From NCBI GenBank assembly GCA_033442325.1, contig JAWQFM010000029.1:152966-216965 (forward strand): a DNA stretch of 64,000 bases, in the 5' to 3' direction. The position numbers were made by a program, and so were the translations under genes. The stretch comes from Salpingoeca rosetta (taxonomy: Eukaryota > Protista > Choanoflagellata). Of the stretch, positions 37,801 to 64,000 are shown piece by piece. The notes under the pieces were generated by a model. It was given only the letters and a program-made list of their open reading frames with translations. It made no database searches and had not been told where the DNA came from. Numbering within the stretch: position 1 is the first letter of the stretch; every line of letters begins with the position of its first letter.

Positions 37801-40800
37801 CCCGCGTACACCGCACAACCCACACCATCAGTGATGGCGGTGGTGAGATGCAAGCGGTTGACGTGACCGTGGCTGGCCTACTGCCGGCTGCGCGCTTCAG
37901 TGCCGTGCTTCGAGTTATCGGCGCTGGTGGCGAGGCGTCATCACCACCACTGCAATCGTCATCATGGTTGGCAACACGGCCGTCATCGCCCGACGGCGTG
38001 CTGCCGCCAGTGCTGGTGGACACCACGAGCACAAGTGTGCAAGTGCATGTGCACCGTGCCCTTCGCGAGCATGCGCCCAACATCACGTACACCCTTCTCA
38101 TCGCCCCTCCCTCCTCCTCGTCAGCATCGTCGTCAGTCGATGAGGTGGTGCGCGCTCCCGTGTCGTTTCCAGATGTGTCAGCTGCTTTCACAGCCAGCAG
38201 CAACGCGGCACACGTGCTGTGGGCGCCATCCCTGCCCTCGCTCGTGTCAATCACGGATCTCGTGCCGTTCACGCAGTACAACGTGTGGGTTGAGGCGTGT
38301 GCGAACCTGCCAGCGCAGGACCCACAGTCAACAACAGGCGCCACAACGCCTCCAAGCAGTCCCACAACAGCAGCACCAGCGCCAGGCACCACAACCCAAA
38401 ACGCAACCAACACACCGACAACAGCCTCATCGACCCCCACACCCACACCTTCAACACCCTCGACAACAGCATCATCACCAACCACCACAACCACCATGCT
38501 GTGTTCCGCCTCGCCTCGCATCATGACAACCACGCGGCAAGCGCCACCGCCCAGTGCTGGCGACGTGGACGTGACGCCCACCCAAACGTCGCTGCAACTG
38601 TCATGGGGGGTCACGCCGGAGCAGGAGCGAAATGGGCCTATCCTTTTCTACAGCGTTTCGGTCGAGGGCCGCGCACGTGTTGATGTTGCTGCGGCGCGGA
38701 CAACCATGACCACCACCATCGCCAACTTGCAGCCGTACGAGCTGGTCGTCATCACTTTCGCAGCATGCACGCGCGCAGGGTGCACGTCACGCGCGATTGC
38801 TGCGCGCACGCTGGCCGCCCCTGCCACGGCGCTGGCGCCGCTTGGCGTGGATGGCATTGGCACGACCTATGTTGCCATGTCGTGGTCCCCACCGACGCGT
38901 CCCAACGGGCAAGTGGCCGGGTATGTCGTGGAGCGGGATGGAGCCGTGATTGCGGAGCCAGCAGTGCCGTCGTTCAACGACACCACGGCGCTGCCGTACA
39001 CGCTGTACACGTACGCGTACAAGGTTGTGAACGAGGCTGGCCCATCGGCGCCCGTGTCTTTGCCGTTTCCTGTGCGCACGCTCCCTGCCGCCCCGCAGTT
39101 TCCGCCCGTCGCCATCCTCACCGTTGTCACCGACAGCAGCATCGGCCTGGCGTGGGACGAGCCTGGTCGCCGCAACGATGCAGCCGTCTCCTACCGCCTC
39201 TACCGCAGCGTGGGCACCGCCCCCAACAGCACCGCCCACCTGGGCACGCTCGTCAACGAAGGGTCACAGCTGTCCTTCGTGGACGAGGGGTTGCTTCCGT
39301 TTTCGCAGTACTTCTACACAGTTGTGGTTGTCAACTCGGTTGGCACAGCCGTAGCCATGCATGAAGACCCGTCCGGCAGTGCCCAGGGCCTCATCCCCCA
39401 AGCAACACGTGCCGTGACGTCGCAGGCGTTGCCTGCAGGCACATCTGCGCCGCAGCTCACCGTCCTCTCCAGTGGATCCATCGAAGCGTCCGTGTCCATC
39501 CCGGGCATTCCAAACGGGCAGATTACGCAATACGCGATCCAGCGCCGTCGCGTTGTCGGCGATGACGCAACACCACTCCAGCCCACCACCATCTGGACCA
39601 GCCCCGCGCCCGGCAGCGTGGTTGACGATGAGGGCCTGCAGCCATACACGCTGTACGAGTACCGCGCGCTCGTGACAAATGGCGCGGGCATGACGGCGTC
39701 CGTGTGGTCCCAGGCACGCACGTGCTCCGCAGCGCCAGCAGCGCCAGGGGACGTGGCACTGGCCGGCACCGCTGCCGCTGCAACATCGGCAGTGGTGTGG
39801 TGGACCGTTCCTCCGGCCGTCAACGGGCCAGCGGGGGCCGTCACGTACAACGTCACCGTGCACGCGTTGAGCTCCACTGGCAGCAGCAGTGGCGGCAGCG
39901 ATGTTGACGCACAGGAGGGGGAAGTAGTGGTGTCGCAATCTGGTTCGAATACGCGCCGTTTGAACCTGACGTTGCTTGCAAGCAACACATATCACCGTGT
40001 GACTGCGCGAGCGTGTGTTCCCAGCACGTGTGCTGGTGAGAACGGCAGCGGTGATAGCGAGGGTTCGCCTCTTCAGCCCGCTGTTCTGTGTGGACCATCG
40101 CGGACCTTTGAATTCCGGACAGCACCGGATGCGCCGTCCGGCCTGCTGCCGCTCGCCGCCGTCGTTGTCAGCACGACGGTCGTGCGCGTGTCCTGGAGTC
40201 CTCCAACACAGCCCAACGCCGATGCCGTGCGCTACGTGCTTGCACGCAACGGCAGCGTATTGCTTGATCTGGACGACGCGTCGCAGCTTGACTATGTGGA
40301 CCGCGCCATCACCCCCGGCGTTACGTACGTGTACTCGCTGACGTTCATCACGGCTGGCGGCTCCGCGACCGTGCTGTCGCCAGCTGTGCGCACGCGGCCG
40401 GGTGCACCTGAGGGCGTGGCGTTGCCTTCAGTCGAGCTGGCCCTGAGGGATGCGGATGTTCGCGCGCGCGTGTGCTGGTCAACGCCGCTGGACACGAAAG
40501 GTGCCATTGCGGCGTACCATCTGCACGTCAACGGCGATGTTGTGAATGCGCAGACGCAGCTGTGCGTGGACGTTCCGCTTTTGTATGACACGGCGTTTTC
40601 GGCGTTTGTGGAGGCGTGCAACAGCGTTGGGTGCGCGTCCGGCCCTGTACTCCGCTTCTCCACCCCCTGTGGCGCCCCTACGGCTGTCGTGGCGCGTGTT
40701 GCTTCGCGCACTGCAACCTCCCTGAACCTTGCATGGCCCGTGCCAGAGTACACGCGGTGCAGCGCTGTCCTTTATGACGTCAGCGTCACGGGGCCGGGCC

Positions 40801-41870
40801 TGCTGGAAGGGGCGTCCTCTTCATCGGAGATTGGCACGCTGGAGGTGGACGGCCTGTCCACTCGCACGCTGTCCGTAACAGATTTGCAACCCGCAAGCGC
40901 CTACACGGTTGTTGTTGCTGCTCGCACACGCGGTGGCCGCACGTCTGGTGCCGCCTTCCTTGCCGAAACATTGTCATCGCCACCATCGGGCGTTGGCATT
41001 CCCGCTGCTACCGTCCTCAGCAACACGAGCGTGCTGCTCGCCTGGGACCTTCCTCTCAAGCTCAACTCGCCGCCCAGTTCGCTGTACTTTGAAGTGTATC
41101 GTGACGGTGCCCTTACACGCACGCTGCCAGGGACTGTGTTTGCGTACACATCGCGCTCGCTCACGCCCGCCACCTCGTACAAGTTCAGTGTTGCGGCGTG
41201 CTCCTCCGCTGGTTGCACGCGCAGCCCGCTGGTGACGGCGACGACGCTTGAGGGCGTGCCTGCAGGCATTTCTGCGCCCGTGATTGACGCTGTCCGTGCG
41301 CGTGGGTTTGCGCTCGCGTGGTCCGCCCCTTCGAATGCAAACGGTGCCCTGACATCCCTTTGGCTTGAAGTGGACGTGTGCACGACGATAAACACAGACT
41401 GCTTTGGCTCCACCACCAGCGGCAGCGGCAGCGCCAGCAGCGCCAGGAGACGCCGGAGCAGGGGTGACGATGATAGCTTTGGTAATGCTGGTGGTGCTGG
41501 TGATAGTGATGGAGATGGTGACGTGAGGGTCGTGCGGCGGGCGGTGGTGTCTGGTGCGCCTGCTGGTGCTGTGCGCTATGCGTTTCCGCTTCCGCTCTCC
41601 GCCACATATGCGCAGGTGAACAACAGCGTCGTTGTGCCGTTTACACATCACCGCGCCCGCGTCGTGTACGCAACCGCCGCCGGGCCGACAGCCAGGTGGG
41701 GTCTGCTGACGTGTACGTGTGTGTTTGTGTGTGGGCGGGTGCGTACATGTATGTGTGGGTGGGTGCGTACATGTATGTGTGTGTTGTTGCGTACGTGTAT
41801 GTGTGTGTTGTTGTTGTTGCCTCCTGCCTGGCGGAACGTAGAATCCTCATTCCATGCGCTCATCAACCTT

Positions 41871-41913
<43 letters not shown>

Positions 41914-44900
41914 ACATACACACATCAATACACATTTGCTTCACACCTGTTCATGTGTCCAGTCCCTGGGCGTCGTCGTACACGGTCATGTGTCAGCCGA
42001 GTGATGGCCCAATGTGCACAGACGTCAAGACTGTCCCCCTCATCACACCCACAGCAGCACCCGCAGTCACAACCACCCCTCTCGTGTGCCAGGTATCGTG
42101 AATGGTGTGGTGTTTGCTTGTATCGAGGGGATTGGAGAGAGATTGTGCACGTGTGTGTTTGTGCATGTGTGTGCGTGTATTTCCACGCACCTGTGTATGT
42201 CTCTATCTCAGACACCTGTGTCCTCATTGCTCAAAACTCACAATCCAAGCACACACACACACGCGCGCTGCCAACACCACCACGCTACCAACACCACGAC
42301 CGCAGATGACGGGCCCTCAGACGCTGAGCTGCGACTGGACGGGCGTGTTCTCCCTCTTCTCTCCGCTCAATTTCTACCGGTTTTCCCTATCAGAGCAACT
42401 TGAACAACCAATCATCACCATGGTCCGAAATCATGCGTTTGTGTGCATGTGACGTGTTTGTGTGTATGTGTGATATCTTGTGCGCATGTGATGTATGTGT
42501 GTGTGTCTGCGTCGCTGTGCATTTGCGTGTGGGTGTGCGTGTGGGTGTGCGTTTTGCATGATGGCAATCAACAAGTTTGCAGCTGCCGCACTCCATGCAA
42601 CTTTCAACGCCCCTTTGTTAACATCGCTCCTCACCCTCCAAATGCCCAACACCACTGGCGCACAGGACACGGGCACGGCTGTCGGCGTGCTGCCGACTGG
42701 TCGCCCCATCACCGCCACTGTTGATGCCGTCACGCCACGAGGAACCGTCACAGCTGCAGCCACACTCCGCCTCCCGTCAACAAGTGCGCTTGTGTTTTGT
42801 GATGACGGCTGTGGTGTGCTGTGGCGTGTCGTAGTATTGTGGTATTGTATTATATTGTGTTGTTGTGGTGTGCTTTGTGTTAGCGTGCTTCGTTGTGAGA
42901 TAACCATTGTGGGTGTGGGTGGTGGTACGCTTGCTAGCATTGTATTGCCGCTTCCATGCCGCCCTTTACACGTTCCCTCACATCCTTAACCCACTTCAAC
43001 TTGCGACACTACAACCACCAGCCACCACGACCACGACAACAACGACAACCGCCAACGGAACGGTTGTGGCGACACCGCCCACGGCCACCTCTGCATCACG
43101 GGATGCCATTGGTGCTGGCGGTATTGTCGGCGTCTGTATTGCCGCGCTCTTCATCTTCGTCGTCCTCATCTGTGAGTGACTGCTGTCGTGCTGGCGTGCG
43201 TTTGTTTGTTTGTTTGTTTGTTTGTTTGTGTGTGTGTTTGTTTGTTTGTGTGTTTGTTTGTGTGTTTGTTTGTTTGTTTGTTTGTGTGTTTGTTTGTTTG
43301 TGTGTTTGTTTGTTTGTGTGTTTGTTTGTGTGTTTGTTTGTGTGTTCATTTATTGTGTGTGTGCGCGCGCTTGCGCACTTGCGTGTGGTTATTGTGGCGG
43401 TGTTTGGTTGACACGCAGCCTCGATGAGCAAACTCAAAGTTGTCCTGTGGTCGCCATCCACTACGCTCCAACCCTGTATATGTGCGTGTATGTGTGTGTG
43501 TATGTGTGTGTGTGCAGTGGCGCTTGTGTCTCGCCGGCGCAATGCGATGGGGGCAGTGCAGGTCATATCTGTGAAGACCACAGACCCGCTTGCGGAGACA
43601 CTGGACATGGATCACATGCACGCGCACAACCGCAACCACTTTTGGGTCAAGGACATTGAAGACGTGGTACGTTCCGGTGCTGAGGCTTGCACGCTGTGTA
43701 TGCAACTGTGATCATGTGTGCACTTGCTTGTGTGAATGTGCGTTTTCTTTCATGCATTCGCTGCTGTTGCACGTCTTACCACGCCATGCTCTGATCACTA
43801 CCACCACTACCACCACCTCACCTCCTTTCCCTTCCTCGCCTCCCTTCACCGCCATCAGGAGATGGCCCCTGCCGTGTTGATGCGGAAGAGCGGTCCGTCC
43901 AGCCACCACCGCCCCCACTCCAGCGTCACCGCCAACCGCCACAGCAGCGCCAGCAACGCCAGCAGCAGCCGCAGCAGCGTGTATGTGCAGCGAACGGTGC
44001 GTGTGGATGGCGTGCCTGCCTCATCGTTCATGGTGCCACAGCCGCTCCTGGGACAGGTGCCGTCCGATCAGCAGCACGCCCACCATGGCAGCAGAGGCAG
44101 CGGCAGCGGTCATGGTGGTGGTGATGATGAGCGGGACTTGTGGCTGCTGGCGGGTGTTGTTGACAGCGCTCTTCAGCCTGACGAGACACAAACCGATGGT
44201 GATGGTGATGGCGATGGCGATGGTGATGGTGGTGTTGGCCGTGTTGGTGCGAGCGCCAACGTGACAGGGATGTCTTCATCGCACTTTGGAGACCTGCTGA
44301 GCACCACGGGCCCCAGCATGCGGTGGGGCCACCCCTACCCGGCGACACCGCGCGGCGCCTCGTCTCGCATGCACAACAGCACCAGCATGTACCAGCCGAG
44401 CCCAGCACCGTCGTATTCGCAGCCAGGGCTCACCGTATCGGCGCTCTTCACACCGCGTCACGTGGAGCCCCACATCCCGCTCGTGCCGCCAACGCCACTG
44501 CCAGATGCGCCAGCGACCGTGTACACGCCGGGGCAGGCATCGCCACCGCCCACAGCGCACCCTGGTGCCACCCAACACAGCCCAACACACGCACGCGCGC
44601 ATGATGGGTCGTTTGTTGCTGCGGATGACACGCGTGACAAGCGCCAGCGCACACCAGCGGGTGCGGGCGAGGAGGTGTCGGGTGCAAGTAGCGGACGCGG
44701 TGGTGATGGGAAGCGACGGTGGTCGATTGTTGGGCGGTTGAGACGCTCTCGACGGGGATCAACAGCAGATGCCATGCCCGCCAGTGGCGATGAAGATCAC
44801 CATGATGTTGATGGTGATGGTGATGGTGATGGTGATGGTGATGATGAAGGTGATGGTGATGGTGGTGAATTGGATAGGCCGCGGCTTGCGAGTCTGCGTG

Positions 44901-46816
44901 CTCGCGATTACACGCTGCGCTCCATGGCACAACAGCCACTCAACATCAGCGATGTGCCACACGTTGGTGATGACGATGACGATGATGATGATGATGACGT
45001 TGGCGGTGACGACGATGATGGTGGTGTTGATCACCATCGCCACGAGCACCCGCACCACCGCCGGCGGAAAAAGCGCAGCAGTCTGCGTGTGCGTTTGTCG
45101 ATGTTCGAGCCACGATCAGGCAAGAAGAAGGACAACAAGCAGGAAGGTGGCAGTGGTGGCAGCGATGGCGGTTATGGTGATGGGCCCAGGGAGGAAGATG
45201 AGCAGGGCATTGAGAAGGAGGAGGAGGTGGTGGTGGATTATGGGCAGCCACTGTTTGTGATGCCAACAGCCACGTCATCAACAACAGCAACATCGTCGAC
45301 GACAGGACACGACGCATCAGCACGCAGCAGTAGCGCGGCTGTGGGCGCCGTGCACGACCACCCGCACTACGACCGCATTCGCAGGGTGTCTGACGTGCTG
45401 CTGCACTCGGTCATGCTGGACGGGTTCTACGATGCGTTGGAGGAAATTGGGCGGCGGCGGAAGCAGCAGCAGCGCGAAGAGGAGGAGGGACGTCAGGTGG
45501 CCAGCAGGCAACAGCAGCTGGAACACGCTGTTGGTGATGCTGTTGGTGATGGTGATGGTGATGGTGATGGTGGTGATGAACAGATTACGCTTCGAAATGG
45601 CGACGATGGTGATGAAGGCGTGGTACCTGTGAGCGTTACTGCTGCCACACCGCACCAGCAAGAGACGCGCGAAAGTGACAGTGAGAGTGATGCAGCAAGT
45701 GCACCTACAGCCGAGCACAACAATGCACCCGACACCAGTCCCAGCGCCACCATCACCGCGGATGATGTGCAGCTTCGCCCTCACAACCACAATCAGCAGC
45801 AGCAGCAGCAGCAGCAAGAAAGGCGACCGCGACTGCACACGCTGCACGCTGACCGCGCTGGCCAGCCGCTTGACCCGCACCGCTTGTCGCTCTCTTTCAA
45901 CGTGGAGCCCACGCGCGCCGCCGTGCTGTCAGACACGCTGATGGGACTGCAGGGCCAGGTGCTGGCTGCTGACACAGTGGAGGAAGCAGCAGATACAGCG
46001 GTTGCTCTGCTGGACCTCTTGCACCGCAGTGTGAGTGCAGGTGCACAGCCAGGCAACACACGCCCCACTCGTGATGGTGGCAGCGATGGTGGTCGCAGTC
46101 GTGGTCGTGGGAGTTTGCTCTCTGCGCATGAGGCCGCGCGCCGCACCGCTGCTCAGCACTCAATGGCATCATCATCATCATCATCATCACCGTCGTCATC
46201 AACATCATCGTCATCGGCATTGGACGGAGCGAGTGATGGAGGTAAAGGCGGACATGGAGTGACAGACACGCATGCGTCCAACGACACAATGACGCCTGGC
46301 AATGATGCCGATACACAGCAGCAGCATTCGCAGCATTCGCAGCAGTCGTTGTCATCGTCTTCGGCAGGTGGGCGGTTGGCAACTGTACAGGAGGTGGAGG
46401 ATGGGCGCGCTGAGGATACGATGGATGATGCTGTCTCCGTTGCTGTGGATGGCGGTGGTGAGACAACACAGCAGCAGCAGCAGGACGAGGACGAGGAAAG
46501 AGAGGGACACGAGGAAGGGATGAAGGGCGAAGAAGACAGCAAGGAGGAGGAAGAGGCAAAGGAAGATGTAGGGGCAGTGACCAGCACCACCCATGGTGGT
46601 GATGGAGACGAGAACAATGAGAATGAGGAGGATGAGGCACGCGAGATGGCGGAGCTAGAGGCTCTGCTGGAGGAGGAAGGGATGTTGGACGCCGCAGACC
46701 AGCGACCCCAGGCCAACAACGGCGGCGGCGGCGGTGGTGGTGGTCATGGCGATGGTGACGATGATGATGATGAGATGGCTGAACTGGCTGAGCTGCTGCA
46801 GGAGGAAGGGTGTTGA
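32475..46816 (+). CDS. Very large usherin (USH2A)-like type I membrane protein: signal/anchor, vWA, LamG-like, many FN3 repeats, Cys-Cys-rich insert, TM, ~1000-aa disordered tail
   Basis: Hydrophobic N-terminus; DVVFVLDG..RVAFV vWA; RVHRVLLSID..FVIGG..FVGTITEL LamG-like; repeated FN3 cores (LxWxxPxxxNG..YxL..LxPYTxYxxxVxACTxAGC); CC repeats at ~36760-37680; TM GIVGVCIAALFIFVVLI at ~43120-43170; terminal exon ~43859-46816. Confidence 0.85.
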
Positions 46817-47238
46817 TGGCGAGTACTCCTGACCAGAGAGAACGAAGCTGTGTGTGTGTGTGTATGTGTGTGTGTGTGTGTGTGCGTGTGTGAGTGTTTG
46901 TGTGTGTGTGTGTGTATGTGTGCGTGCGTGCGTGCGTGTGCGTGCGTGTGTGAGGGGGGAGAGGAGAAACAGGCAGGCATGTAATGATTGCGTTTGGTGT
47001 GGCCGTTGTGTTGTGCTGTGCGTGCGGTTTTGTTGTTGCTGCCGGTAGAAACTGCATGCACGTGTATGCTCTAGTCAATCTTCAGTGCTTGGGACATTTC
47101 AGCTGTCAATACGTTTCGTTTAGTGACTCATTGAACGCACTCAATGTGACAGTTTGCGTCCACATCGATCGCGACCAGCGCGCTATGCGAACATTGAGAG
47201 AGCGAAGGAACAGAGAGAGATAGGGAGAGAGATAGGGA

Positions 47239-47304
<66 letters not shown>

Positions 47305-47374
47305 CAGAGAGAGAGACAGAGAGAGACAAAGAGAGACAAAGAGACAGAGAGGGAGAGAGAGAAAGAGAGGGCAG

Positions 47375-47409
<35 letters not shown>

Positions 47410-47438
47410 GCGATGAGCAAGGGCATCTGCGGTCCGTG

Positions 47439-48340
47439 TCATGCGAGGGCAATTTGATGCCAGCCAAGGGCAAACGCGGTGCCGAGTGCAGCCCCTGCAA
47501 CAACCTGCGGCGGGGTGTGATCGCCCGTGAGCGATACGCGTGTGTATGCGACGCTCGCTGCCCAGACGTATCCCAAAGCAGGAACGGCATCACGCAGTAA
47601 TCGAGACGGCGGGTTGCTGTAACGACAGCACAAAGCAGTGCAAGAGCGCGAGAGTCAGTGCGAGAGTGAGTGAGTGAGTAGGTGAGTGAGTGGAGCGGGG
47701 ACGCAGTGTGTTCAAGTGGATACAGACAATGCACGCAGGAACGTCGGCCCGCTGTTCGCAACCTCTTCTAGTCTTGTGAGCGAAAGCGTGTGGCTTACTT
47801 GAAGGCGTTGTACAGTGTGAGGTGCGTAGAGACGGCAAAGTAGAAGAGACTGTTGGCGTGCGTGGAGGGCATGCCCCGCGTTTGCTTCTTGGACGTTGCT
47901 GGTCGTCCTTCATCCACAACACGCTTGACAAGCTGTGGTGAAGTTGTGCAAAAAAGGAAGTTGTTGTTGAGTTGGAGGCCTGAGCACATACGCGCACACA
48001 CGCACACACGCACACACGCACACACGCACACGCACGTACGCACGTACACTGCAGCACGTATGCGCACACATGTACACCCACATCGCGGCGCTCAAACAAA
48101 CACAGCATACAGCACACACATACACACACACACACGCACACACACACACACAACCTTGCCGACGGCGACATCAAGGAGAGAGCCAGCAACAAAGAGGAGG
48201 GAATAGCGTGTACGGTCCAGCGCCATGTATGCGAGGCAGGATCCCACAAGCAATCGCGGTGTCCACGTGTTGAGGGCGAGCAGACACTGCTTCACCAGCG
48301 CAGCGCGACCACAGCACCCACAACAACCGTTCATCATCAT
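47439..48340 (-). CDS. PAP2-superfamily lipid phosphate phosphatase (dolichyl-diphosphatase / LPP-epsilon-like), 3 exons
   Basis: Motif 1 KRVVDEGRP, motif 2 GMPSTHA, motif 3 TRVSLTGDHTPPQVVAG, with hydrophobic segments between them. Confidence 0.88.
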
Positions 48341-48468
48341 TGTTGCTCTGCCGAAATTTATTGCATGTTATTGAGATTTTTCAGTAACGACGCCAAACCA
48401 AACAGCAGCAGCTTGTTGTGCTATTTCCAGCCAACACACACACATCACTCGCTTGTTCGGAGTTGTTG
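48341..48468. promoter_or_regulatory. Putative 128-bp bidirectional promoter (PAP2 gene / TBCD)
   Basis: Divergent ATGs at 48340 (-) and 48469 (+); AT-rich core containing GCCGAAATTT. Confidence 0.6.
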
Positions 48469-59369
<10,901 letters not shown>

Positions 59370-59697
59370 AGAGGGACAGCGTGCAGTGCTTGCTCCATCA
59401 CGACTTCCTGGCACCCCCCCCCGGCTGGATCAAGCTTGTTTTCATGTCGACGTGCATGGCGTGTGCGTGTGTGTGTTCTGTCGTCACTGCAGTCGTTGTC
59501 TCACCTTCGATATCTGCATAAACAGCAATTCGAACAGAGCGCATGGTGTTCAATCAAAGCACAACAATCGCCAACAAAAGCACAGCGCACCCACAACGCA
59601 ACAACCCCATGCCCTTCCCCTCCCCCAACTCGCCCACTGATTGCATGAACAGCGCTGCTTTGTTCAAAAACGTGCTGAGAATCGCCTGAAAATTTGG

Positions 59698-63987
<4,290 letters not shown>

Positions 63988-64000
63988 TTATGTACACGCT

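Noticed and set aside
37682-38614. Long antisense ORFs opposite the usherin-like and ARM exons (also 61344-62828 and 63161-63997)
   Set aside because: Expected shadows of GC-rich, codon-biased sense exons; no recognisable motifs.

Overview
Gene-dense, intron-rich, GC-rich eukaryotic DNA in which almost every intron carries a (GT)n, (CA)n, (AAC)n or (CAT)n microsatellite. Style and gene content suggest a choanoflagellate such as Salpingoeca rosetta (inference, not verified). Splicing exons by hand gives 13 protein-coding genes: an SDF2-like MIR protein (5' partial), DNA topoisomerase I, an intronless secreted coiled-coil + 7-repeat beta-propeller protein, two tandem PARL-type rhomboids (the second lacks the catalytic His), a KDM5/JARID1-type demethylase, an acidic low-complexity protein with a novel 4x motif, a small cytochrome b5 protein, a YaaA/UPF0246 protein, a very large usherin-like vWA/FN3/Cys-rich receptor, a PAP2 lipid phosphatase, tubulin cofactor D and an ARM-repeat protein (3' partial). 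There are two N gaps with nearby assembly artefacts. Most ORFs in the supplied track are microsatellite read-throughs. Best leads: a polarised, complementary GT/CA intronic microsatellite code with acceptors that lack a polypyrimidine tract; a protease/pseudoprotease rhomboid pair; the foreign-looking intronless propeller gene; the usherin-like receptor; a recurring AATTT(T)CGSC promoter word; and two short islands of alien composition.
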